61,513 bases of DNA from Raillietiella orientalis (lineage: Eukaryota). Below, in pieces: positions 14,766 to 26,607 of this stretch; position 1 is the first letter of the stretch, and each line of letters opens with the position of its first letter. The notes beneath the pieces are model-generated. The model was not told the origin of the DNA, searched no databases, and saw only the letters and a list, made by a program, of their open reading frames with translations. The translations under genes and the position numbers were made by a program. The DNA lies in assembly GCA_036172245.1 (NCBI GenBank), contig JAYWIR010000049.1, forward strand, positions 1,240,001 through 1,301,513, written 5' to 3'.

Positions 14766-15534
14766 TCCTTCTGTTTTCGCTGCTTTCCTTTCAGATTATT
14801 TTTCGGATTTTTCTTTTTTGGTTCGCTAAGTACTGAAGAACAGTTCGCCTCCTTGGGGGGAAGGGGAGAAGGAAAGGTTACGAAGCTCTTTAACATTGTC
14901 CACACCACCCAAGGGTGCGTGTTGCTTTTGAAGTTAGAAGGTAATCCAGGAGGGTAATTCTATGAATCCAGGAAGGTTCCGGAGCTAGCTTACGCTTGGC
15001 AAAGAACCCCGAAGGGAAGTCCTTCCTTATTCTTTCAGGAGGGATCCTCAGGACGGAGTTATTTCTCATTTCTCCTCCGAGAAAGGATCCGCTCCTTGTT
15101 TACTCCTCTGAAGAGGATCCCGACGGGACGCTTTCCAATTTCCCTGAAGGGCTCTCCCCGAAGGGAGCAGCGCGCTTCCACATTTTAGAGAGGCAACCAA
15201 TTCCCGAAGGAGTGCCAACCTCTATGGTACACGATGGAGGATCTCTCCCTCCGAGGGTGAGGCTAACTCCATTCTCTCAACCAGTGGGGAACGGCTCCTT
15301 GATTCCCGGAAGGACTCCGGAGAGTCAACTTCCGATCCCAGCCACTAACGGAGACTCCGACCAGTGCCGCATCTGAAGCCTACAAGCCAAACAGAGTCGT
15401 CCTGCAGGGTGGAGGGAGGAACTCGAGACCCACGACCCCCCCTCCCCCTTTCCTTCCGTTCTCGACGTCGATCTCCCACGTGAGGATTCGAACCAGCAGC
15501 TCTTGGTGCCAGCCACAACAAGGCCGCCAACGCG
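14766..15534 (+). repeat. Dispersed ~770-bp repeat, copy 1 (inverted relative to copy 2)
   Basis: Aligns by eye to the reverse complement of 20737-21499. Shared blocks include CCTTCTGTTTTCGCTGCTTTCCTT, AAGCTCTTTAACATTGTCCAC, CCGCTCCTTGTTTACTCCTCTGAAGAGGATCCCGA, GGAGTGCCAACCTCTATGGTACACGATGG and CCCACGTGAGGATTCGA, separated by diverged spacers. Confidence 0.9.
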
Positions 15535-16562
15535 AGCTCTTCTGTCTGAGGAAGATGGAACGCTACTTCGATATGGGCTGGGGTTCGCGCAGGCAACCAT
15601 TCCTTCCGTGCATCACAGCCAGAAGAGCTTTCTTGTTGCTCGCGAACGTATGATGGCGCACAGAGCCTCTTCTGTAGTTCGCTCGCTTTATTCGCCTCCA
15701 CTCTGGACTCCAGGTAGGCCTTGGCGATCGCGCTTCCACCACTCGCAACGTACGCATGACGAAAATCCATATTCCTCTGCTTTCTAGATAACTTATCCGG
15801 GACCAAAAGGCATGGATGAAGACCAACTCTGTTGTAGTAGCGTTAATGGGGTGGAAGCCTTAAAATATTTCGCACGAAAGGAAACTCAACTGATCATATG
15901 AACGACGTTGGGATGACATCCAAAGAGGGGTCAAAAAGGATATGCGGGGCAAACGTAGTCCTCTGACCGCATCAAGCATTCCGGGAACTATTGCGTGACA
16001 ACGTTTGGGTACTGAGGGAACGGACCACTTTTCGCGTCACCTGCTCTAGCGGGGACGAAACTGACCCTAAGCGAGGAACGTCGGCATTTCCTGAAACTTC
16101 CCACCGATGCACCATTTTCTGGCCCTTTTGCAGTCGTCTGGCTATCCTTCATCAAAGATGCGATGCAGCTCTTGAATAGGCAAAAGATCCAATCACGGAT
16201 CGCTGGGGTGTTGCAGAGGTGACTGCTGCCTTTCTTTGTTATCTCTCAGATCTGCTTTGATACGCTTTGCATTAGCAGCTTCAGACGAGTGTTTTTTTTT
16301 CTAAAAAACAGAAAAATATTTATTTATTTTATTTCCTCTTTTTCCATTAGAAACATGAAGTGTGCGGTGAGTACGGAACTCTGCAGCAGTCACACGGAAG
16401 CACTTTGCCATGGATTCGGAGAACGGGGAGCTCTGCGCAACAGCACCTTACGCAAGAATGGACGTGTAGCCCACAGAGGGCAGAACCGGGAGTGCGTGCG
16501 ACGGGGGAAGGCACGGATTCGAAGCGATTCGTTTTTTCAAGGGCTTCGCTGACATGCTAGAT

Positions 16563-17219
16563 CGGTGTGCTTCCCAAACTTATTTGGCCTACCACGCCTT
16601 TTTCAGTTAAAAAATTAATCAGCGTCCCTCCCCTCCGAATCGTTCCAGCACTCACCAGGGGTCGGTATCGCCCACTTTGGGAAGCATTGATATATATATA
16701 CTCACATGTAACTTGCTGTTTTATCAAAAGTATTTCAAAAATTAATGCACTTACACTCCTTTCAACTACTTCTCGCAGTTCAGAAACCCTTTAAATTTGA
16801 ATTCATCATTTCGCCTATTAATGGTATCGTGTTGTAAGCAAGTAATGACACACACATGTTCCTGCAGATGCATGATGGATTTGCCGACAACGCCCGACAC
16901 GCTCTTCCGTCAACACTTGATGGACAAGACCAGTCTGCAGACTTGACCACCAATCCATTACAACTTGCATTTTGTGTGTTTATTTGGGAAATAAAGTACC
17001 TAACCTAACTACGACTTCCCATGGTGCACAACAGATGGAACTTGTACGGACGGTTTTTGAAAATTTCCTCATCTTCTCCTCTTTCTTTATTCTTTCACCG
17101 TCCCTCCCTATTTCTATTCAACGCCCCCAATTGCACTTGAGGCTACTGTAGTCCCCCCCCCCCCCTGATACATTCCAGCGGCCACCAGGGGGCGGTATCG
17201 CCCACTTTGGGAAGCACTG
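16563..17219. mobile_element. Non-autonomous hAT-superfamily (Charlie/Buster-like) DNA transposon or MITE, 657 bp
   Basis: The left end CGGTGTGCTTCCCAAA and right end TTTGGGAAGCACTG are terminal inverted repeats (CAGTGCTTCCCAAA type). The flanking 8-mers TGCTAGAT (16555-16562) and CGCTAGAT (17220-17227) form a 7/8 target-site duplication with a central CTAG. An 8-bp TSD is typical of hAT elements. There is no transposase ORF. Confidence 0.8.
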
Positions 17220-20200
17220 CGCTAGATGGAAGCGTTGAAAAAGTGGTGCGAGGGAGCCATTCCGAGACATCTTTTCCATAATGCGCACCACTCAAACTTG
17301 TCAACTTCTAACACGTGGACCGGAGCTTCCCGAGAACACCTACGATCCTTCTAGATCAAACCAGCAAGGAATGAAATCCAACTGAGAAAACGGGGCTTGA
17401 AGGGGAAATCGGGAAGATTCCTGGCAAAAAGGACGAGGCCATCCCAAGTATTCGGATTTTTTTTGTGCGTAGAAAACAGGGATGGAGTCGACCTAGAAAG
17501 GAGAGAACCAACGCGGCGGCGTAGGCAGGAGGAGTGCGGAGTAGTCATTCGCGATCATTTGGCAGCACAAAGGGAACACGTGGGCTCCCAACCTCATCCT
17601 CCCCAAAACGGAGGAGAATGAGAGCGGCTCCTAAGGACCATATCCTTGGACCGGTGTGTTTTCACCCGGTCACTCCAGGGTGTTTATTGAAACCAATCAG
17701 GAAACGTACAAAGAAAGACTGTAAGACTGCACGTCCTACCGATTTCGGCATTCTTGGGAGGTGCCGGAGAGGTCCTCAAGGGAAACGGAGGGGAAAGGGG
17801 AAACAAAAAGAAACAAATATCAAGAAAGAGAACGACAAATTGTTTGTAAGATGTGAAGGAAGGGGGGAGGGAGAAGAAAGGAATCACTGTCCGTGGTTCC
17901 TGGGTTTCTGCATCCTGTGCAGAATATTGTCAGTTGTCTTCTTATTGCTTCCCGGGTGGAACCATAGCGTCTCTCTCTCCTCAGAAAGAGGATGGCGAAC
18001 TGGATGACCGCCTGTCCTTTCGTCTTCTTTCGGTTTCGCCCCTGGCCACAAGGATGCCGCGCGGGCAGCAGCAAGCTGCGATCTCCTCTGTGCGTAGGCA
18101 CTCCGAGTAAAGAGGGGCTTCGAAGCGTCCCTAGAGTTGTCCAACGGGAGTTGACGGGCAGTGGAAAAATGTTCTCACACTGTCCGAAGGGCAACACAAT
18201 CTAATAGTAGGTGCGGGAAGGATTCCTCTTTCTTGCTTCTGGCCCAGTTCGGGCAAATACTTCCCCTGAGCTAGTGATGCTGGCACGAGCTTTGTCCGGC
18301 AGGCCCCGATGCAACCCAGCAGCGTTGACTGCTGTCACTTCGTGGGAAGGAACGAAGAGCTGCCCTTCATAACCTCAGGCATTTTCCGGTTTTCCAGAGG
18401 AATTCTCAGGCTGTCATCCACAGAGGGGCAGTCCTTTGGGTATCGCTTCAACAAACTGACGCGCCGGGCAGCCACAGAGGGGTTTCCTGCATCCAGAGAT
18501 TTCGCAGATTTTCGCAGTTTCATGAACCTCGAAAACGGAGAACCTCTGTGGCAGAGGGGGTGACTGTGGAGCAGACCAGTCTTCGTGGTTCGCTGCCCAC
18601 TTCCTCATTGTTCCTTTGGCATTACGAAGCATGCGGGTGCTTCCTCTACTTCGCACAGAGTCTGGGCTAGCGTGAATCCGTGATCACCGATTGCCGCCAA
18701 GCAAGAGAGTTCTTAGGGCACCAGCAGGGTATCCACGGCTGCTCTTCCATTGAGGTGGTCATCTGCGGAAGCGTGAAGCCGTGATGAGCTGGAGTTCAGT
18801 GGCAACACGAAAGCGGAATTGCCCGCCCTTCGCAGCCGACCACTCGTCTGAGGAGATGAGCCGGGAGGCATCAGTGGTGTCCCAGTACATGACCGTAAGT
18901 GTGAGCCTTCTGAATTGGAGCTGTGGCTCTATCCGCTCCACTCCTGAAATGCGGTTTGCACGGACGTGCACACTGCATATCATCTCGGGGGGCGAAACCG
19001 CATACCGCCGGCGGCTATGCCGGTGCGTTTTCCGTCAGCTGCGTTCCATTCTGAATTCGGGCTGATAAACAGGATTCGGTCGCGTCAGTCATCGAAGGCA
19101 AAGCCGGAGGGAGTTGAAAACAAAAGGAGAATTTCCGGAGGGTTCGCAAAGAAACAGGAAGATGCTTTCCCGGAGAAGTTTGCAAAAAGCAGAGGTCGCT
19201 GTATGGTGGTTCTTGGTTTCCAGGGCAAGGCACAAAGGAACAGTTCGGAGGGCGAGTCGACGTCAATTCCTTCTTTGCATGGGTGTCGGAGCAAGCTGAC
19301 CTGCCCAAAGGCTTGGAACCGCCGTCCCGGGAAGAGGAACGCGTAGAACAGGGGGTTGACTCCATCCTTCTGCAGGAGCGGAAGGGGATAGCGTGCTTGC
19401 CGCTCCGTCGCTGTCAACTCCCGTACATCCTGAGGACAGCTGCTCAGGAGAGGACCCTTGCGGAAGAACCAGCAGCTCCCTGCGCGCCATCGACACATGA
19501 GGACCGTGCTCGTTACGCATTCATGGAGAACGAGGCTGCTGGGTACGGAGGCTGCGCGTTTTGACTCGAACGCCGTGGCTGCGATGGAAATTCGGAAGGA
19601 TGTTTTTTCGTACATTCCTGGTGACGCACAAGCTCACGGACTCCCGAAGAGTGGAGGGAGGCTCGGCAAGACGGCAGCAAGTCGAGCTGCTTCGCGAAAA
19701 ACAAGCTGTTATCCCTGCAGGGAAGTATGAAGAAGAGGCGAAGAAAAAAGCGCCGGCCAAAGCAGGAGTGCGTATTGGTTGCAAGGAACCGATGATGGAA
19801 ACGGACCGTTCAGAAAGTGGGAATAAAAGAAAAAACTTCGCAAGATCAGAGACTGTGCTCGGTGGAAATCAGGAATGGTCTCCCGGTATGTTTCCTGCTG
19901 AGCGCTGCATGTTCATCAGATGTGCCAGCAGCAGCTGCCTCATTGGTCGAGGATTGAATCGTAAATCTTCCCGGTTCACATAAGCGCTTGCGGATCTTTC
20001 GAGGTATGCGCGTAACTGCTGATGCCGAAGACACTGAAATTGCAAGCATAGACGTGAAGACATAACATCAAAGGAGGGGAAAATGAAAACGTAGTACTTT
20101 TTTGACAAACGTGGGTACAGAGTGCGGGAAACCAGGCTTACACCGCTTTATTTATAGTAACTGTGGTCAACTAGCATTCACTGTGATTCCAGAATCTTCC

Positions 20201-20736
20201 ATTCTGCTGTTGAGTTACTTTACTGTTTGCTTCATGTTCATCATCCTATATCCAAGTCGTTCTGCTTTCTCACCCCATGGATCGATAGGCACCAAGTTCC
20301 ACCCTGCTCCATCTTCCCACTTAGCCATGGGACCTGTTCTTTGGTTCATATTCATTTCTTACTTGAACACATGTCCCATTTGCTATGAGACGCCTTCTCT
20401 TTTGCTTTCATTTATACCTCACGTCTCTCTTCCTTCATGGATTGTTAACACTGCCGTATTCTCTCGCTGACTCAAAGTTCTTTTAGCAGTCAAGAAGGGA
20501 AGCAGGAAGGAAGAAAAAAGGCACTTTTTTTTCTAGAAACTTTTCACCCGTACGACTTCTTTCAATCTTTAGTACCACGAAAATGCCCTTTACCTTGCTG
20601 AGCTTCGTAAATTGGAAGGAGAGGTACCTTTCCATGCAAGAATTGGGAGGAGTATCTTCGTCTTCTGTCTTCAAATAATCACGAAGCGCTAATCCCTAGA
20701 TCCTTCAATCAAAGAAAATCGGCTGAGTTGTACGCG

Positions 20737-21499
20737 GCCGCGTGGCTGCTGTCTCCGCAGGTGGCACCAAGCGCTGCAGGCTCGAATCCTCACGTGGGGG
20801 ATGGACGCCGATAATGGGGTGAGGACATGGTGAGTTCCGAGCCCCCACCCCCCTCAGGGCGATTCTGGTGGCCGGGATTGGAAGTTGACTCTCCGGGGTC
20901 CTTCCAGAAATCAAGGAGCCGTTCCCCACTGGCTGAGAGAATGGAGTTAGGTTCACCCTCGGAGGGAGGGACCCACCATCGTGTACCATAGAGGTTGGCA
21001 CTCCTTCGGGGGTTAGTTGCCTCTCTAGAGTGTTGGAAGCTCGCTGTTCCCTTCGGAGAGCGTCCTTCAGGGAAATTGAGAAGCGTCCCTTCGGGATCCT
21101 CTTCAGAGGAGTAAACAAGGAGCGGTTCCCTTGCGGATATCCTCCGGAGAAGAAACGAGGAGCGGCTCCCCATCCGGGAGTTCCCTGCAAAGAGAATGAG
21201 GACGAGGTTCCTTCCATCAGGGTTCCCATCGGAGACGACCAGGGTGAAGGTTCCCTATCAAATGGAGGCTTCCTTCGGAGCCTTCCTGGATTCATAGAAT
21301 GACCCCTCCTGGGTTACCTTCTCACTTCAAAAGCAACACGCACCCTCGGGTGGCGTGGACAATGTTAAAGAGCTTTGTAAACTCTCCTTTTCCCCTTCCC
21401 CCCAAGGAGACGAACGGTTCTTTAGTATTTAGCAAACCACAAAAAAAAAAAAAAAAAAAAGAAGCAAAATCTGGAAGGAAAGCAGCGAAAACAGAAGGA
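20737..21499 (-). repeat. Dispersed ~770-bp repeat, copy 2; overlaps a 196-aa ORF (20705-21295)
   Basis: Reverse-complement homology to 14766-15534. Both copies have ATGAATCCAGGAAGG at the same relative position. Only this copy stays open for 196 codons. Confidence 0.9.
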
Positions 21500-23731
21500 C
21501 TCAAGGATTTACATCATCTTATGGTTCTTCTTTTCCCATACTGAACGTGGGAGGACTCGATCGTCGAATGTTGTGTGCATTGGAAGGCAGGAATGCCACG
21601 TCTTTGTTCAAGAAAGTTCCTTCCTTGCTATCAACTGTTTCCTTTATTGCATCGTACCGCAGTGAAAGTGCAATTTCGATCTTCTCACGGAAGCGTTTTT
21701 AGCGCACTTCGTTTCCCAGGTATGAAAAGGCTGCTGCTGCCCATGCGCAGTAAAGCTTCATCCAAATCTCTTGTGACCACTTGCAAATCCATTAATCCCA
21801 CCCAGACTTGTTATCGTCCAGCCACTTTTTTTTGTATGTCCTTCTAAAAGTTGCTTTCCCCAAACTGCCGAATTTTCACCGGCTGACTGGGCAAACTTCC
21901 CTCCCCCTCTTTTGTTTTTTAACTCCAACCAATTTATGAAAATTTTCAAGTAGCCTGGTTTCACTAATCTCCTATTGTATTGCACCATTTCACCGTGGTG
22001 ACGCTTTTCCTTTTAACTGCTTCTCCCCGATACTACTCCAGTCACCATGGAGGCCTTTCGCTTCAGCGATTTCAGTTGCCCAGGCCAACGTAATTGTATA
22101 AATACGAAGATGCATAAATACGAGTTTCTTCACTGTATCTCCATCGCATTTACAAGGTAGGGAAGTTTAATGCGAGTCTCATGCACCATGCTATCGACCA
22201 GACAGCTCTAATCAGAATTCTCATTAGCATTCGAATCCACGTAGGTGCTGCTTGCCATCACATTTCTGAAACCCGGGTGATGGCTTCATGTGTTCACCAT
22301 GAACAAGAAACCACGATACATCTTGATTTGCTTTCAATGAGTCTAAAGGCAGTCTTCAGAAACGTTTCTTAAATGATGGGCATAAGCAAGTCTCAAGAGA
22401 AGTCAGAAGTCTTTGCAGAATGAGAGGAAGAAAGAATAGAAAGCAGTATTATCGGCTGCTTATGAAACATCATGAAATTTCTAACCATACTGAGGGAAGA
22501 GATGAGATGGGAATCAGTCCTTAAAGAGAGCGTTGCCATGTCGATCGCTAAGAGCTGTGCGCTGAATCTTCAGTTCGAAAATTCTTTATGCAGCTTCTTT
22601 GTAAAATGGAGCTGCAGATCTTCTCAATAAATGTGATCGCATAGAGCAATTATGCATGCCGCAAGAAATAAAAAAAAAAAAATCTTCGTTTTGTCTTTAA
22701 AAAGAAAGATATCTTTCGTGTTAATGAGACATATCATTGGAGATATGTTGAGCACAACTTAGTTGCTTTGTAATCTAGGAGTTCTTCCCGATTCTGCACC
22801 CTATGGCTACAAGAATCACATCGTTTCATTCTTATCAATAAGATCTGCGAAGAGCACATTGACAGTTGACTATTAAACACGATCCTTTGAGCAGTTTCAG
22901 CAACTCACGCCAAGAAATGTGCCACCAACCGCTATTTTAGCTTGCAAACTATGAGAATGTGCAAATTCGTTTTTTGATCCAGAGCATTTGAAACTGCAAC
23001 GACGCGTTTCTGCGTTTACTTTCAGTTTGAAATGTACGATAACATTCTACCAAAGTTATACATTTTTATTGATTTCATTAAGTTGCCTTAAGCTTGGTCG
23101 ACTGTCGATTCCTTTAGACTCCTCCGATTCATCCATCTCATGTTTTCTTCGAATTAACACAAAAGTTCTATCACACATAAGTTCTATCATCAGTATTTGC
23201 CACAATTATAATCGGGAACAATCTCATTTACCAACACAAAGTTAATTCGTCTTGCATCCGAATTCAAATGAATGCTCCTGAATCTCTAGAAGATCGTAGA
23301 AACCATAGCGAAACATCAAAAGAAAATAAGCCGCTCTCTTGTTACCTAATTAACAGACAAAAGACGTAAGGCAGGAATCCCTATTAGTTTGTATGGAATC
23401 ATGAACTGGAGTACGGAAGGTATGTTTTACGTGTACAAAACGGAGGGCTGCACGTCAAAGGCAAAATTTGCAACCTGACTGGGAAAAGACAGCAGAGCAC
23501 TCGATTATCTGGGCCTCTGAAGGCAAGAATAAGGAAATTTGAGTTCATATTACAATAAAATAAATCGGTGGCTCTGGATTTCTAGTTAAAATTATCCCGT
23601 CATGGCAGCACAATTAGAAGACAAGATTTCATATTTTGTCAAAAATGAAGCGTCGGATTCATTAATGTTCGCATTACTCATGCTATATCTCAATGGTATT
23701 TTCTTACAAGCAAAGCAAAGTTGTGAGCTAG

Positions 23732-24299
23732 GAAGAAGCAGTTTCGGGCGTTGGGTCGGACTGCATAGAAACTTTCCAGGGGGCTGCCATTGTCAATCCC
23801 CTGGCGGTCGGAACCACAATCTGGAGGAGTGACCTACTGCCGGACACCCAGGATAACCTCCCGATGTTTTATCAAGGAGGCATCCTGAGCGGCTCCAGAG
23901 TGAAGTGTTTTGCAGGAGCAAGACAAGATGGGATGTGGACATCAGACTTTAGGTCTTGACCTGCCCCCAAATCCATCAAGATAGCAGACCCTGAAAAGGG
24001 TCATAGGGCTGCAAAACTACTCGCCAACGAAAGTCCTAGCCAAGATGTTCCAGGGAAGTGGAAACGTCCCCTGTTACAACCCCATGGTTATGATGACCGT
24101 TGCCCTATTCATCACCGCCATCCTCATAAGATGGAGGAAAGCCAAGACGGCCGCATCTCCTATGGAAATCCTGAAAGGGGTTATCCAGAAGGAGATCGGC
24201 ATAAGAAACCGTAGCAAAGTGGCGGCCTGGACTTATCGGTACATCCTGAAAAGGATCGAAGATATTGCCCAGACCCAACCAACGCCCAGCCCATCCTAA
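23732..24299 (+). mobile_element. Possible decayed 3' fragment of a non-LTR retrotransposon ORF2 (L1/Tx1-like)
   Basis: A GC-elevated island in AT-rich DNA with two successive open stretches. IWRSDLLPDTQDNLPMFYQGGILSGSRVKCF loosely resembles the 'IW..LP....F....G.L.T..R' pattern preceding the zf-RVT region, followed by a hydrophobic TVALFITAILIRWRK segment. The CCHC residues are not visible, so support is weak. Confidence 0.25.
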
Positions 24300-26607
24300 T
24301 GCAGAACATCTGTGTTGTGACTCCTAGCTAGCGAACATTAAGGAAAACATAAGTGCTAGTGAAATGAAGATTGAATGAATGAGTATGTAGTGTGAATGAT
24401 AAAAAGAGGATATATTTACCCCACCCCTTGTAGGACTTGGGGAAAACAGAAACTTTCCTAAACGATGATTACTTAGATGTCTTGAATATCATCAAAAACT
24501 TAGAAAACTTGTAGATTCGTGATTATTAAAAAAGAGAAACTAATCGGAAAGCAGAGTTTTTCAATGTTATTGAAGCCGGTTCCAATGCTCACAAGAGACT
24601 TGTAATATATATGATTAGAGATCACTAAAGTAATTACGGAAACAGAAAGTATAACTACATCAACACACACTAACACTGAGATTGTGTAGGATCTAGAATT
24701 TCAATATCTAGTTCTTAGAGATTCCTTAATTTGTGTGAAGGAAAACTCGAACGGAGATCTGAAGGGAAGCGATAAAAAAAAGATATCAAACTTGGACCTA
24801 GGTGAAGGAAGAAGTTAAAAATTACCATCCTAAGCACGGATTGGTTATCCAAAACATTTAGGATAAAACTCGGAGTCACTTTTAACATGTCAGAAGTTGA
24901 CTGCCAAGGACTGTCTTCTGGAAGGGGAAGGGTCCTTTTTCTCAGGAAGACATGGAGGAGGGCCTGTGCCTGGCTCACACGTCGTTCGGGACCTCAAAGT
25001 ATAAAATGAGTCGCTTCTCTTCCCCTCTTGCACTGCCGGCGAAGACTCAAATAAGGGATGCCAGAAATGTAGATTGCTTGAAGTGTTCCTAGGAGACTGG
25101 AAGTTTCACTTAACTTTGAGAGGGATGCCTGCGAGCTTTGAGAAGGGGATTTTGTTTGATTTTCTGCAGCGCCTTAACTTCATTGATGTTTTAGCAAATT
25201 CGAGAATCCTATCCTTTTCTGCTTGCATCCAATACTCAATTTTTTTTTTAGAAAACCTGAGAAATGTAGAAAAATGGAAAGTGCCCTTTGACAAAAAAAT
25301 TTCCAAAGGATGCTAGAAGAACAACATAGGATAGAAAATCCACATTTTTATCTGTTCACCACATCAGCTAATTTATAATTGCTTCTGTTAAATACTATCA
25401 ATAAATGTACAACCCAATATAAGTAAATCCTGTTGCCAAGTTATGCTGTGCTTATCATGCACCTTCTGAAACAGCCGAAAATAAAGATCTGAGGTAGAAA
25501 ATTGAGTGCTCTTGTTGTCAAGCAAGCATAATTGGATGCCTTGAAGAGTCTTCTGTAAGAGGAAACCAACAGATGAGACTGTTAACACTCTACAGCTATT
25601 ATCTGATATGGGATGCAAGTAGCTAATAAGAGGGCGTCTTCCATGTTTGAGGGCAAAAAAAATTACTATTTTATGTAATCTTGTAGAGAGCCTTAGATAT
25701 GTGCATGTGAACAAGCACGAGTAGCAAATTTTCATGCCCAATTCGGTAACCTGGTTCGTTTTTCCGTGCATTGAGCTCGAAAACGCGGCCATTCCTTCAT
25801 GAAGTTATACAATAGAGAGGATTATTTGGACGGAATAATACAGATTCACATTTGGAGAAGGCAAGCCGATGCTACGATTCTCATTGCATTCATTTCATCT
25901 TTCCGTGCTCCATCTTTTTGTAGCAATGGCGAGATGGGAGTTTTGCAAGAGTGTGATTTCGTGAAAGAACTCTCCATAACGGTGTTTCACGCAGGTCCCT
26001 GAGAGCTGTTCCGTCAAAAACTGGAAAAATACCCGAAGACCGTCGTCACTATATGCCGGTCTAAGTTTGTCTTGCTAGTCAATTCGGAGCAATAAAAAAA
26101 AAACTGAAGTCATCTGCACATTCTGCCGTTTCTGTAGCTGAGCCCCATCAACCAGAAGTGTGCAGTACAGTACATATCTAAGATCGTTCCTATGATATTG
26201 TATATACCATTGCATGATAAAAGAATTCCATTGCATGGTGGTTGGAAAGTTGGAGCTCCCACGGAAATTCCCTCGCCAAGCGTTGCGCCCGTGTTATTTC
26301 ATGATTTATGGAAGACCGGGTCGGACTGTAGTTACTCCCAAATCATGAGTTAAATATTCATAGCAGACTGATCAGAGGGAAGTACTTTCCATGATTTTGG
26401 TGTCCAAAACTGGCAAACATGGTAGGGTTAGTGCAGTTTTTTCCAGTATTTTCCTTAAAGATTTCACATGGTGCAATGAATAGTACATTCATATTGGGTC
26501 ATTGCCAAAGCATTCCATTATTCAGTGTGGCGAAATATGCAATTCCGTATTTTGATGTAGTCTTTAAAACATAAACATTCGAAAGGAAAGACACCGAAAC
26601 TCGAAAG

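Noticed and set aside
15474..15537. Intact tRNA gene
   Set aside because: A B-box is present, but the T-stem and D-arm do not pair and the unit is only about 64 nt. It is kept only as a possible SINE head.
16998..17010. TTAGG-type telomeric repeat (CCTAACCTAA)
   Set aside because: Only two units, which is chance-level.
14766..21499. One 6.7-kb transposon with ~770-bp terminal inverted repeats
   Set aside because: There is no target-site duplication at the outer ends, the copies are substantially diverged with indels, and no transposase, integrase or polymerase ORF lies between them.
25388..26420. Possible gene divergent from ALG8
   Set aside because: No phase-consistent exon chain or recognisable motif was found on either strand.
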